DNA from: Schizochytrium sp. TIO01 | Taxonomy: Eukaryota > Protista > Bigyra: Labyrinthulomycetes | Assembly: GCA_004764695.1 (NCBI GenBank) | Contig: SMSO01000037.1 | Location: 100,747-164,746, forward strand | Reading direction: 5' to 3' | Length of the DNA stretch: 64,000 nt | Shown here: piece by piece, positions 47,301 through 58,191 of the stretch | Position numbering within the stretch: position 1 is the stretch's first letter | Layout: every line of letters begins with the position of its first letter | Notes under the pieces: generated by a model | What the model saw: the letters and a program-made list of their open reading frames with translations, nothing else | The model's database searches: none | What the model was told of the DNA's origin: nothing | Made by a program: the position numbers and the translations under genes

Positions 47301-50300
47301 GGCTGTACCCTTTTACTGCCTGGCTAGCAAGATAAAAGATAGATAGACATGAAAACATTCAGGCATGAAGGCAGACTGGCTAAGTTGCATTAAAATCATT
47401 TCGGCTAGGCTATCTAATTCACTACAAGTGGCTAATAAGTAGAGAGAGAGACTGGGAGTACTTTCAAGGGTCGAAGGTCAGCACGTGCAGAATTAATGAA
47501 AAATAAAATAAAAAACACTTAGAGCCCTGCGTACATGGATCGTGCCCCCGAACAAGCGAACTTGCCAGAGCCCTGTCAAACTTGTCAAGGCTAAATTCAA
47601 CTATAGAAACTCTGGTGCTCCCCTTCTTCGTTTACAAGAACAACTTGATCGTCAATCCCAGCAATGCAGAAGAACTAAACAAGCGAACACTTTCACAATT
47701 CGAAGCATCACTCTTTTCACTTTCTTGGTGAGCGATTGAAACCTTCAACTTCAGAAAAATTATGGCAGTGGAGTGAGGCTTTTGGCGAATAGCAATTGTA
47801 TAGTATCGATAAACTACAGCCACAGGCGAATCTCAGGAACTAGCTGAAGAAGATGCTTTTAGAACGAGCGAGCCAGTCACTTTGAGCATTAATCGCTGCA
47901 TCAAATTAGTGGCAGCAGAGGACAAGCTGACTGCATGCAGCCTCTCTATTTTCCATTATTTTTCTTTTCCTTCCTACTAGTAGGTACTTCTAGCATTTTC
48001 TTTTTTAAGAAAAAGAAAAAGATTTGGCAACTAACCCCTGTCTGTAGACGGCTCAATGCACAACTATTCATTCTTTCCAAGTAAACTTCAATGCTCCGAT
48101 CTTTTGCTTCAAAACTTGCAGTGTCTTGACAATTAATCCCTGGCCCTGTAATCATGTTGTTGTTAGCTGCACGTACAAGTGAGATTTAATCTCTACGGCC
48201 AATATAGTATGTGTATAGATAATGATCATTCGAGTTGTTTCTTTCAATTTTAATTACCAAGAATATAAATGTTTTTTTGTAAAATAATGCAAAAACAGAA
48301 AAACGTTTAAGTGACAGAGCATATAGGCTTCTTCGCAACCCAAACACGGTCGATTTGTTCGAGTATGACAGCTGCAGAATATTGATACACCGTTTGTGAA
48401 AGCATAAGAATTTTAATTGCAAACTCTGATCTATGCTGAGTAACTGGCTGCTTAGATTATAAATTTGACTGCGTAATGAATTCGAATGTTGTCCTTCAAG
48501 TAAATGTCAACAGATCGCAGGAGAGCACACAGCCTCGTTCAATGAAATAAACGCGGATTTGACGATTAGCCTTCATTTGACGGCAAGAGATTCCGTTTAA
48601 ATCGCAACTCGGGCGAAAAGAGTATCAAAATTATCCTCAATCCCCACCCATATTATCTTACGCAGCCAAACAAATTGTAAATGAAAGGCCAGGAGGTGGT
48701 TCGAGTTAGAGACCTAAAGAAAGGCTAGACCAGCTCTGTACAGCACTCTTAGCGATCTTTTTCTCTCAAAGCTTTGAACAATTCCATTGTTGACTTTATC
48801 AATTGTCCGGAGTAACTCAGAACGTCAACAAAGGTCCCCTTCCGACTTGTTCAACTTTTAGAATTAACAGTCCCTACCAGAGTACTACCACCATTCTACC
48901 ATGGAAGGACTTGGCAGCTCTAGGTAGATAGGCGTGTTTGTTTCTTGAGCAAAGAATCATCCTCATACAATAGCGTTTGCACTGCGCAATGCGTACTGGT
49001 AGCAGTTGTTCATCCTCGGAATTCTGCAATCAATGCCTGACGATTGAAAGAACAACTTGGGTGGTGAAAAGGCTGGTTGGAGCCAATTATGTGGGTGCGC
49101 AGGCTATCAATCAGTCCTCGAAGAGAGTCTCTGCACCAAGAAGATTGTCTGCAGCTCTTGAAGAACTTTTAGAAAGTCCCCTACTGCTAAGAACTTGGGG
49201 CTCTTCCGGACTTGCACGCGATCTCCTTGCTTTAATTTTCCAAGTTTTCAATTCATATTTCCTTTAAAGAAAAAAAATTCTTGGACCGCATTTGTGTTGA
49301 GAAAGTCTTCACCACTTTTTTTCTTACTCCTTTTTGTTATTTTCCCTCTAGTGTAAGAAGTTTACCTACTACTAGAACTGAATGAAAGCTTCAACTCAAC
49401 CTTGTCAGGAGTGAATAATTATCCTAAATTTGTAGCTCTAACTTCAAATATAAATACATTTGTTCTTCGTTGGTTCTGTCATATAGGTATCTGGAGCTTA
49501 AATCTCGTGGCATATGGAGCTTTGTCATGAGGACTATTCCATTGTTTGCAGACGGGGTTCTCTGCATTCATTTCCTTGAAGAGATTCAATAAGGAAAGGA
49601 ACTGTCGTTTATATTCTTGAAAGGATCTCTGACAACAATAACAACCAAAAAAGTTTGCACTTTTTTTATTGTTCAACATTAAAATTGGAAGTAATAAAAA
49701 TCCTAGTAGTAGGAAATTTTTGGATTAAAAAATAAAGATTGAAGATCATTTTGGTAGCTATCTCATCCGAAGATGGAAGGGCCCAGGAAGGTGATGAGCA
49801 GCCTCTGTTTTAAAGTTTTAAGCACCTCTCTTGGTATCGTGGGGTAAGCTCTTTCAGTTTATTTGCTCTCTATCCCGAGTGCGAGCAGAGCCACTCGTTA
49901 CAGAAGAAGATGGACTCGTAGGTAGTGTGAGTGATGATCTTTGTTTCCCTTCAACTGCTACCTCTTTCCTTCCTTTCTTTGTCTTTTACTTAAGTCCACA
50001 GGGAGAGATTCTTAGCGCTGCTGGAGATTCTCTATCAGTGGTGAAGCCTGTATAGCGTCTAGTCATAAGCATGAAATTCCCCTATGCACCATGTGTCGGA
50101 ATCTACGTTTCCAAGTCTTGACTTCCACTGATTAATGATCGAGCAAATTACGGCAAGATCTCAGAGGTCCTCACTGCAGATCATCTTATATTCTAGACTG
50201 ACAAACTTTTTGAGAGTTAATGATTCCATATTTTTGCACAACACAACTCTGGCACACTGGACAAAATCATCCTCCTAGCTGCACTGGGATAAAAAGCCCT

Positions 50301-51009
50301 TCTGTGGTTTCCAAGTGAAGATTTCATTAGAGGAGCTGTGGGGTTTTCTCTGCCAGTGGTGCGAGAGCATAGAGGAGCGGCACGTGCAGAGATCTTTAAG
50401 TCGAGCCAATGCATAAAATACAAGTAAAAAATGAAGAAGTAGGCGAGCCTACATTTAAAATTGCTTGGCCTCCACGCGAATCAGTACGCTGTGCAGACTA
50501 ATTTCTGAACAAAAGTCGAGGAATTCTATCACCGAGACTCTCTATCAAACGACCATCTGCGGGCCCCGCTCCGAGCTCGTTGTCCTCAATCGCCGCACTT
50601 TCTCGACCCACCAGTAAGTAGAGCTCTAGACCTTTCTTTCCCTCGCTCGGGTGTCGCCTCACGTTATTGCTTTTGATTGATCGCATCAGTCAGTGTCTCT
50701 TTTTTTATTTTTTTAAAGACACTTCCTTTTACTCTCTTTTATTTTTCTCTTTCTCCCTCTCTTTTAGCGAGCTTTTCTTTCGCACTTTCGTTCTGCTTTT
50801 TCCACCTTGTGCCCTCGTCTCTAAAATGAGCCGAGGAAGTTTTAACGCACTGCTGCCTTCGCTCGAGCTGCAGCAAACCCCGAACCCTGCTCGAAGGTGA
50901 TACTACCAGTTGCACCAGGTGCTGCTGCTTACGAATTAAGAAAGAACTCACTCAACATAACCAGAGCAAGTCAAAGAGTTCACTAGGACTATCTGCGCCG
51001 TGCACGTGC
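38336..51009. promoter_or_regulatory. Homotypic cluster of the palindrome GCACGTGC (E-box/G-box core) across the gene desert upstream of the AP2 gene
   Basis: Exact copies start at 38336, 41669, 43401, 44422, 46239, 47481, 50380 and 51002. Further CACGTG cores are at 34632, 37522, 40263 and 42532. The regulatory role is inferred. Confidence 0.6.
38595..38940. repeat. Cluster of tetranucleotide microsatellites: (GATA)n, (GCGA)n, (TAGG)n
   Basis: (GATA)n at ~38595-38619, (GCGA)5+ at 38818-38840 and (TAGG)4 at 38922-38940. Confidence 0.85.
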
Positions 51010-51065
51010 CAGCCCCTCTTAGTGCATATATACTCATATTTACATACACAAAGCGTCTGTGACGA

Positions 51066-52085
51066 ATGATGAGCGAGGTCGCCGACTACTTTCAGTACAC
51101 AGATTACAGCAAATCTTCCCCACTTACCGAGCAACCGCCCACCCCGGAAAACATCATGGAACTCGGTATGATTGAGAGCAACGCGGAGCCCGCTACGCCT
51201 TTCACTTGGCATGTGAAGAACGAGGAAATCGCTCACAACCACAACATGAACAATATGAGCAACCCCAACCACCTCAATAGCAACAACAATATGTCGATCA
51301 TGGAGGCCCCTGTAACCTCGTTCTCAGAGATCATGGAAATGCCTCAGCACGCTAACCACTTTGCCAACTTTCAGTCCACGCAGCTTCAGTTACCTAGCAT
51401 GCACCAGCACCTGCCGCAGACGACCGCAATGGCTAACCTCAGCAACTTCTCAAGCTACTTCACGAGCGATGAACTCAGTACCAACAACTGGCTTCAAGGC
51501 CTTGAGACCTCTGATCTTGGCCCTCTCGAGAGTGAGTGGAGCATTCTCCTTGGCCAGCAGCAAGACTCCTCGAATGGCCAGGGCAATCATTTCATGTCTC
51601 ATGGCCAACCTTTTGGAGGCTCTCGCAAGAACTCGCTCATCATCAAGAGCGCTCTTATGGGGGAGAACAACTTTATGTCTCGTGCCAACCAGTTGCCCAC
51701 TACTCCGGCCAACAGCGCTGTTCGCACCGCTGCCACATGCCCGACCACTGATGTTACTGATAACAAGAAGTTGAAGCGCATCTCCAAGGCTTCCCGTCGC
51801 GGTGCACCATCACGTGCTCTGGCTCCTTCCCCGGGATCCAAACCGGTTGTGAAAAAGACCACCCAGCGCTCCAGAGAGCAGTCCTCAAAGTACCGCGGTG
51901 TATCAAGGTGCAGCAAGGATGGACGCTTTCAATCGCGCATTCGTGTTGGTGCCAAGGTCATCTACCTTGGACGTTTTAAGAATGAGGTACAGGCTGCCCG
52001 TGCTTACGATGTTGCTGCGATTCAGTACCACGAGAAGCGTGCCTGCCTCAACTTTCCGGACCAGATTGAAAAGCCCGCCGTGTAA
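51066..52085 (+). CDS. AP2/ERF-domain transcription factor (single C-terminal AP2 domain)
   Basis: 'SSKYRGVSRCSKDGRFQSRIRVGAKVIYLGRFKNEVQAARAYDVAAIQYHEKRACLNFP' contains the YRG and RAYD elements. The N-terminus is N/Q/S-rich and acidic, like an activation region. Confidence 0.93.
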   Translation: MMSEVADYFQYTDYSKSSPLTEQPPTPENIMELGMIESNAEPATPFTWHVKNEEIAHNHNMNNMSNPNHLNSNNNMSIMEAPVTSFSEIMEMPQHANHFANFQSTQLQLPSMHQHLPQTTAMANLSNFSSYFTSDELSTNNWLQGLETSDLGPLESEWSILLGQQQDSSNGQGNHFMSHGQPFGGSRKNSLIIKSALMGENNFMSRANQLPTTPANSAVRTAATCPTTDVTDNKKLKRISKASRRGAPSRALAPSPGSKPVVKKTTQRSREQSSKYRGVSRCSKDGRFQSRIRVGAKVIYLGRFKNEVQAARAYDVAAIQYHEKRACLNFPDQIEKPAV

Positions 52086-54894
52086 TTTGACCTGTCAGCC
52101 AAGCGCTCAAATCGTTTGTTGAATGCCCCAATGGTTTATATGTCAATCTTGAATTATTCAGGGTCTACGCAACGGTCACTCTCGTTTTACTTTGCTTTTC
52201 CTACTTTCTTTATAAAGAGGAGGTCATGCCTTTCACGCACCAGCACCCCTTCTCTCACGGACGCCTCCGACTTTTACACACAAATCACAAACATAGACTC
52301 GTTTGTTTCTAGAATCTGCCTTGTTGTTGAAAATGATTCTTGGCGGGTTCAACGAAAGCGACGAACTGACTTGTGTGAATGTCGAGGGCGAACGGCTGTT
52401 CTCAATTTGTGTTCTGCGTGCTGCGATGTGCTTGTGTCTTTCTTCTCTTGCCGGATCTTTGTGTGAACTTTTCTTTCCATCTGTGCCTGATTGAAATCCA
52501 ATGTCTAATCGGTCGAAAAACAAAACATGAACACTACATACTGTCGATCGAGCCACACATGCATATGGTTAAACAAGAGTCACTAGTTCTCTATCACACG
52601 AGTGTTATCTACTCTACTACACACTCCAAAACTCCAGCCTGCTATGGCGCACAATCGAATACAAGTCTTCGTGCAACCCAACTGACTATTTTGGAAAAAC
52701 GAAGATGCGGCTACCAGATTTGTGCTGCTTGTGCTGTGCTTGTAATCAATCCCCACTCATTCGTCATCGTATGCAGCAAAAACAGCAACAATCAATTTCA
52801 TGAACCTACACACTCCCTATCATTCGTCTCGACTCCACACTCTGTGTGCTCTTTGTGGCTCGAGCTTGCCCCTTCCTTCCTGGCGCCTTTCGTTTTCTAT
52901 CTCCTGTCCGCTGTTGATGCGCCAAACAATAAAAATAATGACAATACATTTATGAACAATATTTTGCAAAACTTTTCAATATCATTTTCAACCTCTTGTT
53001 CTTGTTGCTGCCTCACACACTATGAAAATGCTTAGATGACAGCTGCAGATTCTTTACTTTTTGAGACTGACACTATTTGCATGGGGATTTTGAAGCAAAA
53101 GTGCAGCTAATAATGCTTTTGGATATCCTTGTCTTTGTGTTGTATGGTCGCATCAAATTAAAAAAGGATTGTCATTTTGCACCAATTGATTACCCAACGC
53201 AATTTCTCACAACTTGCATTTTATACATGAATGTCCAATCCTTCAAATAAGACCTTTCGTTTCTTTGAATTATTTTCCAATGGCGCACTTTACCTGGATC
53301 TACCTTCTATTTGGTATCTGGCTAGTGAAAGTGAGCTTTCCCAGGATAAATGGCATATGGATTTACAACGATTTAAACTTTGACAGTGCACACCTTGTCT
53401 CTCTTGCTCAGAGACCACTGTGCAATTCCAAACGTAGTATTTGTTTTTCCTTTAGCTCAATTCAGACTCCAGTTTGTACTCTGGCGCGCAGTGTCCAGCT
53501 CCCTATTTGTATTTCGACCTCGGGCCATGGTCACTAAGTACAGACCTCACAGGAACGTAGTCTTGCCAAGAGTTTTCACCCCTACATGTGCAAAAAGTTG
53601 CGCAAGCCCATTAGTGCACACCTACAGAAGAGAAAATGTTAAAATCGAAACACTACAATGCCACTCAGTTGACAGTAAACTCTTTACTAAGAGTTATATG
53701 TCAAACAATATTGCATTTTTGCACCATTTGCAGTTTTATGTTACGTTGGGGCAAGCAAGCAGTCGATGTAAACAAACTTATCTAGATTTTTATATTGGAG
53801 CCTCTGGAAGCACAAGGCTTATTAAATTAGAGTAAATTTCCTCAATTGTAACACTAAGAGGGTAGCCTTTAATTTAATTACGATACCGCTGGTGCTGTTG
53901 TGCTATTTACTCACCATAAAGAAAGCGGAAATACTGTTTACATATAGCTTCAAACCCGCCGTATAAGTAATACAGAGCAAGACCGCTTATTCCAGATACA
54001 CAATATTTTTGCTGGGGTAGCGTAGCGTGTGAAATGACAATGGCCTAACGCATAAGTGCCGTATGGCAGAAGGATCAGCATTTTATTTATTTGGAGCATG
54101 CATCTACATGCTTCTATGTGTTACCTCGTGTAATTCTAGGTGCATAACCCAACAACACATTTTTGGATATTTCTTCTTTGCTTATAATAAATCATAGATC
54201 ATCTAAACCTCTTTACGCACGTTGCCTTTTATCTATTTTATGTAGTTTTTTCGTACATGCAAATTTCCACAGCCCTTACTATGGAGGCTCATGTAGACTC
54301 TTTCATCGATGATAGCAAATGACCTCTACAACTTTCTTGGGCTACCCCCGAATCAATTTCCATCTAGCTAGCCTACCTTATATCTCATGTGCTTGAATTT
54401 GTTAATTAGTCCTTTCCTTGAGTATAGATAATACCCATGTCTTGTAATTTATCCTTAATAGCAGTACCTACTAAAAACTGATGCCGTCTAAAGAAGTCAA
54501 AAGACGAAACCAGAAAGCTGACCAGATCACCATCTCGAAAGCCTAGGTTGTGGCACAGCAATAGCCTTCGGGTGGTTCTACGCGGGCGCACTATCTGGTG
54601 TAGAGGGTTTCAAAGCGGCTCCCTCGGTCTTGCTTCCTACGGCAGCGGCGTGAGAGCCTAAAGATTGGCTCCAAGACCCTTCTCATCTCCTCCAAACTTC
54701 GTCTCTTTGTTTCTTGAAACGTGACCTTCTGGTTGGGCTTTACCTTAAAATTGTGGTTTTTTTGCTCGTTCAAGAGTGCCGATCGTCTTTTGCAATCATA
54801 TTTACTTATTCTAGAGAAGCTCTACCTTGGTGGTTGTAATCATACGATCAACACGCACGAAAAACGAACTCGGATCTTGTTTCGCGAGGGCATT

Positions 54895-57801
54895 ATGGCG
54901 TCCTGGTTTCGCAGTGTAGGCCAGAGTACAAACAATCAGCATTCGCAGAGTAATCATGGACATAGCAGTAGTGGTGCTCAGCAGTTTACGGTTCAAAGGC
55001 TGCAGGAACTGTACGCAACTCTATACAAGTATCAGGATCTTTCTAGCTCAAGCATGGCTTCGGCGAATGGGCAAGCTACGTTGATAGAAACCATTCGCGC
55101 GATTGCCGAAGTTATCGTATATGGAGACCAACACACAGAACAGCTATTCGACTATTTTTGTGAAAAAAATATGCTGCCTCTTTTCCTGGGACTCCTTGAT
55201 CAACCCAATTGCAGTATGCCTTTGCAAGTACAAATTATTCAGAGCGTGAGCATTCTCGTCCAAAATATTCGCAGCGAGATTTCACTGTATTATACCCTCA
55301 GCAACAACCATGTCAATCGATTAATCTCTCATTCGTTCGACTTTACCAACGAAGAAGTTCTGGGCCATTACATATCTTTTCTCAAAACACTCTCACTGCG
55401 TCTCAATCAGAACACAATTCAATTCTTCTTTAACGACCGTCTGCACACATTCCCGCTCTTTGAAGAAGCTATTAAATTTTTCGACCACTCCGAGGGAATG
55501 GTGAGAACCGCTGTTCGTACAATCACACTGAATGTTTTCAGGGTTAATGATCCAGCAATGGTCAAATTTCTTGTCCAGGGACCCGCTATTCACTACATCG
55601 AAAAAGTTGTTCGCTATATTCACCAACGCTGCCGCCGCCTTCACTTATTGCTCTTGCGAGCAGGTTTGCCTGAGCAAGACAAGAGGCTGCCTTTCAAACT
55701 TGAAGTTGCTCTTACTGAGCAGCAGGATCACATGTTGTACTTGGAAGATATCCTTAACCTTGACATCGACGGTATGCAAGGTATCGTAGTGGATTCCACG
55801 ATGGCATATCTCTTCCTTCCTTTGCTGATGGCAAGCCTTATGCCTTCAACATTTCCTTTTAGCGAACTTGATGATATGGATGCATCTGACTTTCGTCAAG
55901 CTGGTCTTACGAAGGAGGATATCGACCTTGATCAGCATGGTGCGACAGAGTCCTCCGGTTCTTTACTGGGTCTCTTCTTGCTGGCCCATGCCCTCTTTGT
56001 TTTCTCAAACTCTAAAATGGTCACCCGTATTGCAGAAGCTATTTTTTTGCCCGTACCGGTCTTTATTCCTGAAAGCAATGCAGACGATGCTACCTCTGCA
56101 GCTGCAGTAACCAATGGCGATGTCTCGCCTCGCTCAATGTCACCTCTGCCTGATGCTCAAGCTGAATTCGGCGAGGATGAGCTTTCTGATGAGACTGATG
56201 GCGCTGGGAGCGTGTTAGACGCACCGCAAACATCCGGTGCAAAGGATAACCAACAAGTTGGGGGACTCAAACCGATTCCCTCTGCTAAAAATACCTCATT
56301 TCAGCAGCGCGTACGAAAAGAGGGTAACCCCATTGGTTATGCCCTTATTCAATTTCTCTGTCACGATAACGAGCGTCATTGTCTCGCTGCTGCAAGTGTG
56401 CTTTATGCTTTAATTCACAACGCTTCACTTGATGAGTCTCTCCTCGTACAAGTTGGATTGGGAGTTCAACTCCGGGCTTTAAATAGCTCTTCAGAATTTG
56501 AGGCGGCTTCGTTTTCTTCTACCCCAACCTCTGAAAAATCAAACCCTCCCACTCCACGTGAAAACGCTGCTACTGACCCTGAGAAAACCGCCCAACTTGA
56601 TGATAGCGGTATAGTTGAAACTGACATTCCTGATAAAGAAGAGCCAGATGCGGATGACGCAACAGAGAAATCTTCTGGCGCACTTTCACAGTATATCGTA
56701 CACATCTTATTGCAGCTCTTGGCTAGGGACCCGCCAGTAAGCACATTGTGCCAGCGAGTTGTTGCAAAGCTTGCAATCGATCTTGCTTACGATCATGGCC
56801 TTGACAAGAAAGATCTGGAGGTTCTAAACTTCGCTTACATGACTTCGGTCGAGCGTTTTCGTGTTCAGTTGGAATCTTTTGAAACACATGAGGCCGCCCG
56901 TTTCATTGGTCTTTTCGAACGTGAGTGGGACAGCCTATGTGCTGGGCCACTCAAGGTAGAAAGTCTCATGACACGTCCTGAAACACTTCTCCCCTCGCAC
57001 CCAAGCATGCCCTTAGATGCAAGGCAACCTTACTCAGGCCTGGAAGTCACCCAATCTACGATCCGTTCTTTTATGATCCTACGATTGCTTTGGGTGACGC
57101 TCAACAACAAGCCTAACTCATTGCTTGCTCATGTTGGGTCTTCTGGCTCCTCCACGAAAGAGAATGCACCTATCGATCTCAGCAAGGGCGATTATATTAA
57201 AGTGAATATCTACAACCCGAAAGGTGCTCAAGCCCCAATCCAGCCCGCCTTCCTCGTCCTGGCCGGGGGTGCACTTGTCCTTGCGCAACCCGAAAAGGCT
57301 CGTGAACAGCACGTTGCAAAGGGTATTGTAAGAACGGTTGCACCCTTACAGCATGTTCGATTTGCAGTTGCTCAGGATGACCCTTTGCTCATGTATTTTG
57401 CTGTGCACTCGCCAACGAATCAGCCCATTGGATGGGCTCATCAGCAGTTGGCTGCCTTGCGCGCAGCTTCTACTCCACATTCTGCAGATGTATCACAGCC
57501 GGATGCTTTGAATCCTCGAGCCCAGCAAGGATCCCCCACTTCGTCGAAGTCAGTCGCTGATATTGCTAAGCTCTTTCCTTGGGCTGATGAAAGCGCGAAT
57601 GGACCTGCCTTAGCACGGCACGCCTCCGCAGGAGCGTTTGGCGTAAATCGTACGAAACCAAATGGTTCGACATGGTTTTTTGCACTCCGCTTTAGCGACC
57701 ATGGGACCGCCTACTGGGCGCAGGATCAGCTCGAGCGGGCAATAGAGGTCACTATTTCCGCAAAAATTAAGAGGATGCATCGTCTGATTGAGAAACAGTA
57801 G
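54895..57801 (+). CDS. CLEC16A: CLEC16A/TT9-family FPL-domain protein (endolysosomal/autophagy)
   Basis: ATG at 54895. FPL domain: 'IRAIAEVIVYGDQH', 'FDYFCEKNML', 'YYTLSNNHVN', 'YISFLKTLSLRLN', 'FPLFEEA' and 'MVRTAVRTITLNVF'. Confidence 0.92.
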   Translation: MASWFRSVGQSTNNQHSQSNHGHSSSGAQQFTVQRLQELYATLYKYQDLSSSSMASANGQATLIETIRAIAEVIVYGDQHTEQLFDYFCEKNMLPLFLGLLDQPNCSMPLQVQIIQSVSILVQNIRSEISLYYTLSNNHVNRLISHSFDFTNEEVLGHYISFLKTLSLRLNQNTIQFFFNDRLHTFPLFEEAIKFFDHSEGMVRTAVRTITLNVFRVNDPAMVKFLVQGPAIHYIEKVVRYIHQRCRRLHLLLLRAGLPEQDKRLPFKLEVALTEQQDHMLYLEDILNLDIDGMQGIVVDSTMAYLFLPLLMASLMPSTFPFSELDDMDASDFRQAGLTKEDIDLDQHGATESSGSLLGLFLLAHALFVFSNSKMVTRIAEAIFLPVPVFIPESNADDATSAAAVTNGDVSPRSMSPLPDAQAEFGEDELSDETDGAGSVLDAPQTSGAKDNQQVGGLKPIPSAKNTSFQQRVRKEGNPIGYALIQFLCHDNERHCLAAASVLYALIHNASLDESLLVQVGLGVQLRALNSSSEFEAASFSSTPTSEKSNPPTPRENAATDPEKTAQLDDSGIVETDIPDKEEPDADDATEKSSGALSQYIVHILLQLLARDPPVSTLCQRVVAKLAIDLAYDHGLDKKDLEVLNFAYMTSVERFRVQLESFETHEAARFIGLFEREWDSLCAGPLKVESLMTRPETLLPSHPSMPLDARQPYSGLEVTQSTIRSFMILRLLWVTLNNKPNSLLAHVGSSGSSTKENAPIDLSKGDYIKVNIYNPKGAQAPIQPAFLVLAGGALVLAQPEKAREQHVAKGIVRTVAPLQHVRFAVAQDDPLLMYFAVHSPTNQPIGWAHQQLAALRAASTPHSADVSQPDALNPRAQQGSPTSSKSVADIAKLFPWADESANGPALARHASAGAFGVNRTKPNGSTWFFALRFSDHGTAYWAQDQLERAIEVTISAKIKRMHRLIEKQ

Positions 57802-58191
57802 AATTGGCATTCCTCCATACATCTGCAATCCTCCATTACAATTTAACGCCTTCGTACTATACAAACTCTAATTACTTCGGCTTCAGATATATAATTTTTG
57901 GGGCATGGATTCATTTCATGAAAAACAAAAAGGAAGTAGAGCACATATTCTTAGAATGGATGAATAGACTGCAATATATTTTTTTTTACAAAATCATTTC
58001 TCAGCGATGTCTGTTTAGCCTTAACACGAGTGTAAAGTGGCTTTCTATATAAAATACAACAAAAATGTCGCTGTTGTTGATAAGTACCGCTTCCTCTTAA
58101 GATTAGGTATAACTTGTCTCTTCGTTCAAAAAACGGTTGTTTAGTTGCGTACACACCTAAACCGATGTCAGTCCTTGTGTTGTTTGCCTTG

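Noticed and set aside
34860-50700. Numerous 60-130 aa ORFs in the gene desert
   Set aside because: Many start at non-ATG codons, none has a domain motif, and their lengths are what chance would give.
52379-53035. 218-aa ORF downstream of the AP2 gene
   Set aside because: No recognisable motif and UTR-like composition; probably the AP2 3' UTR.
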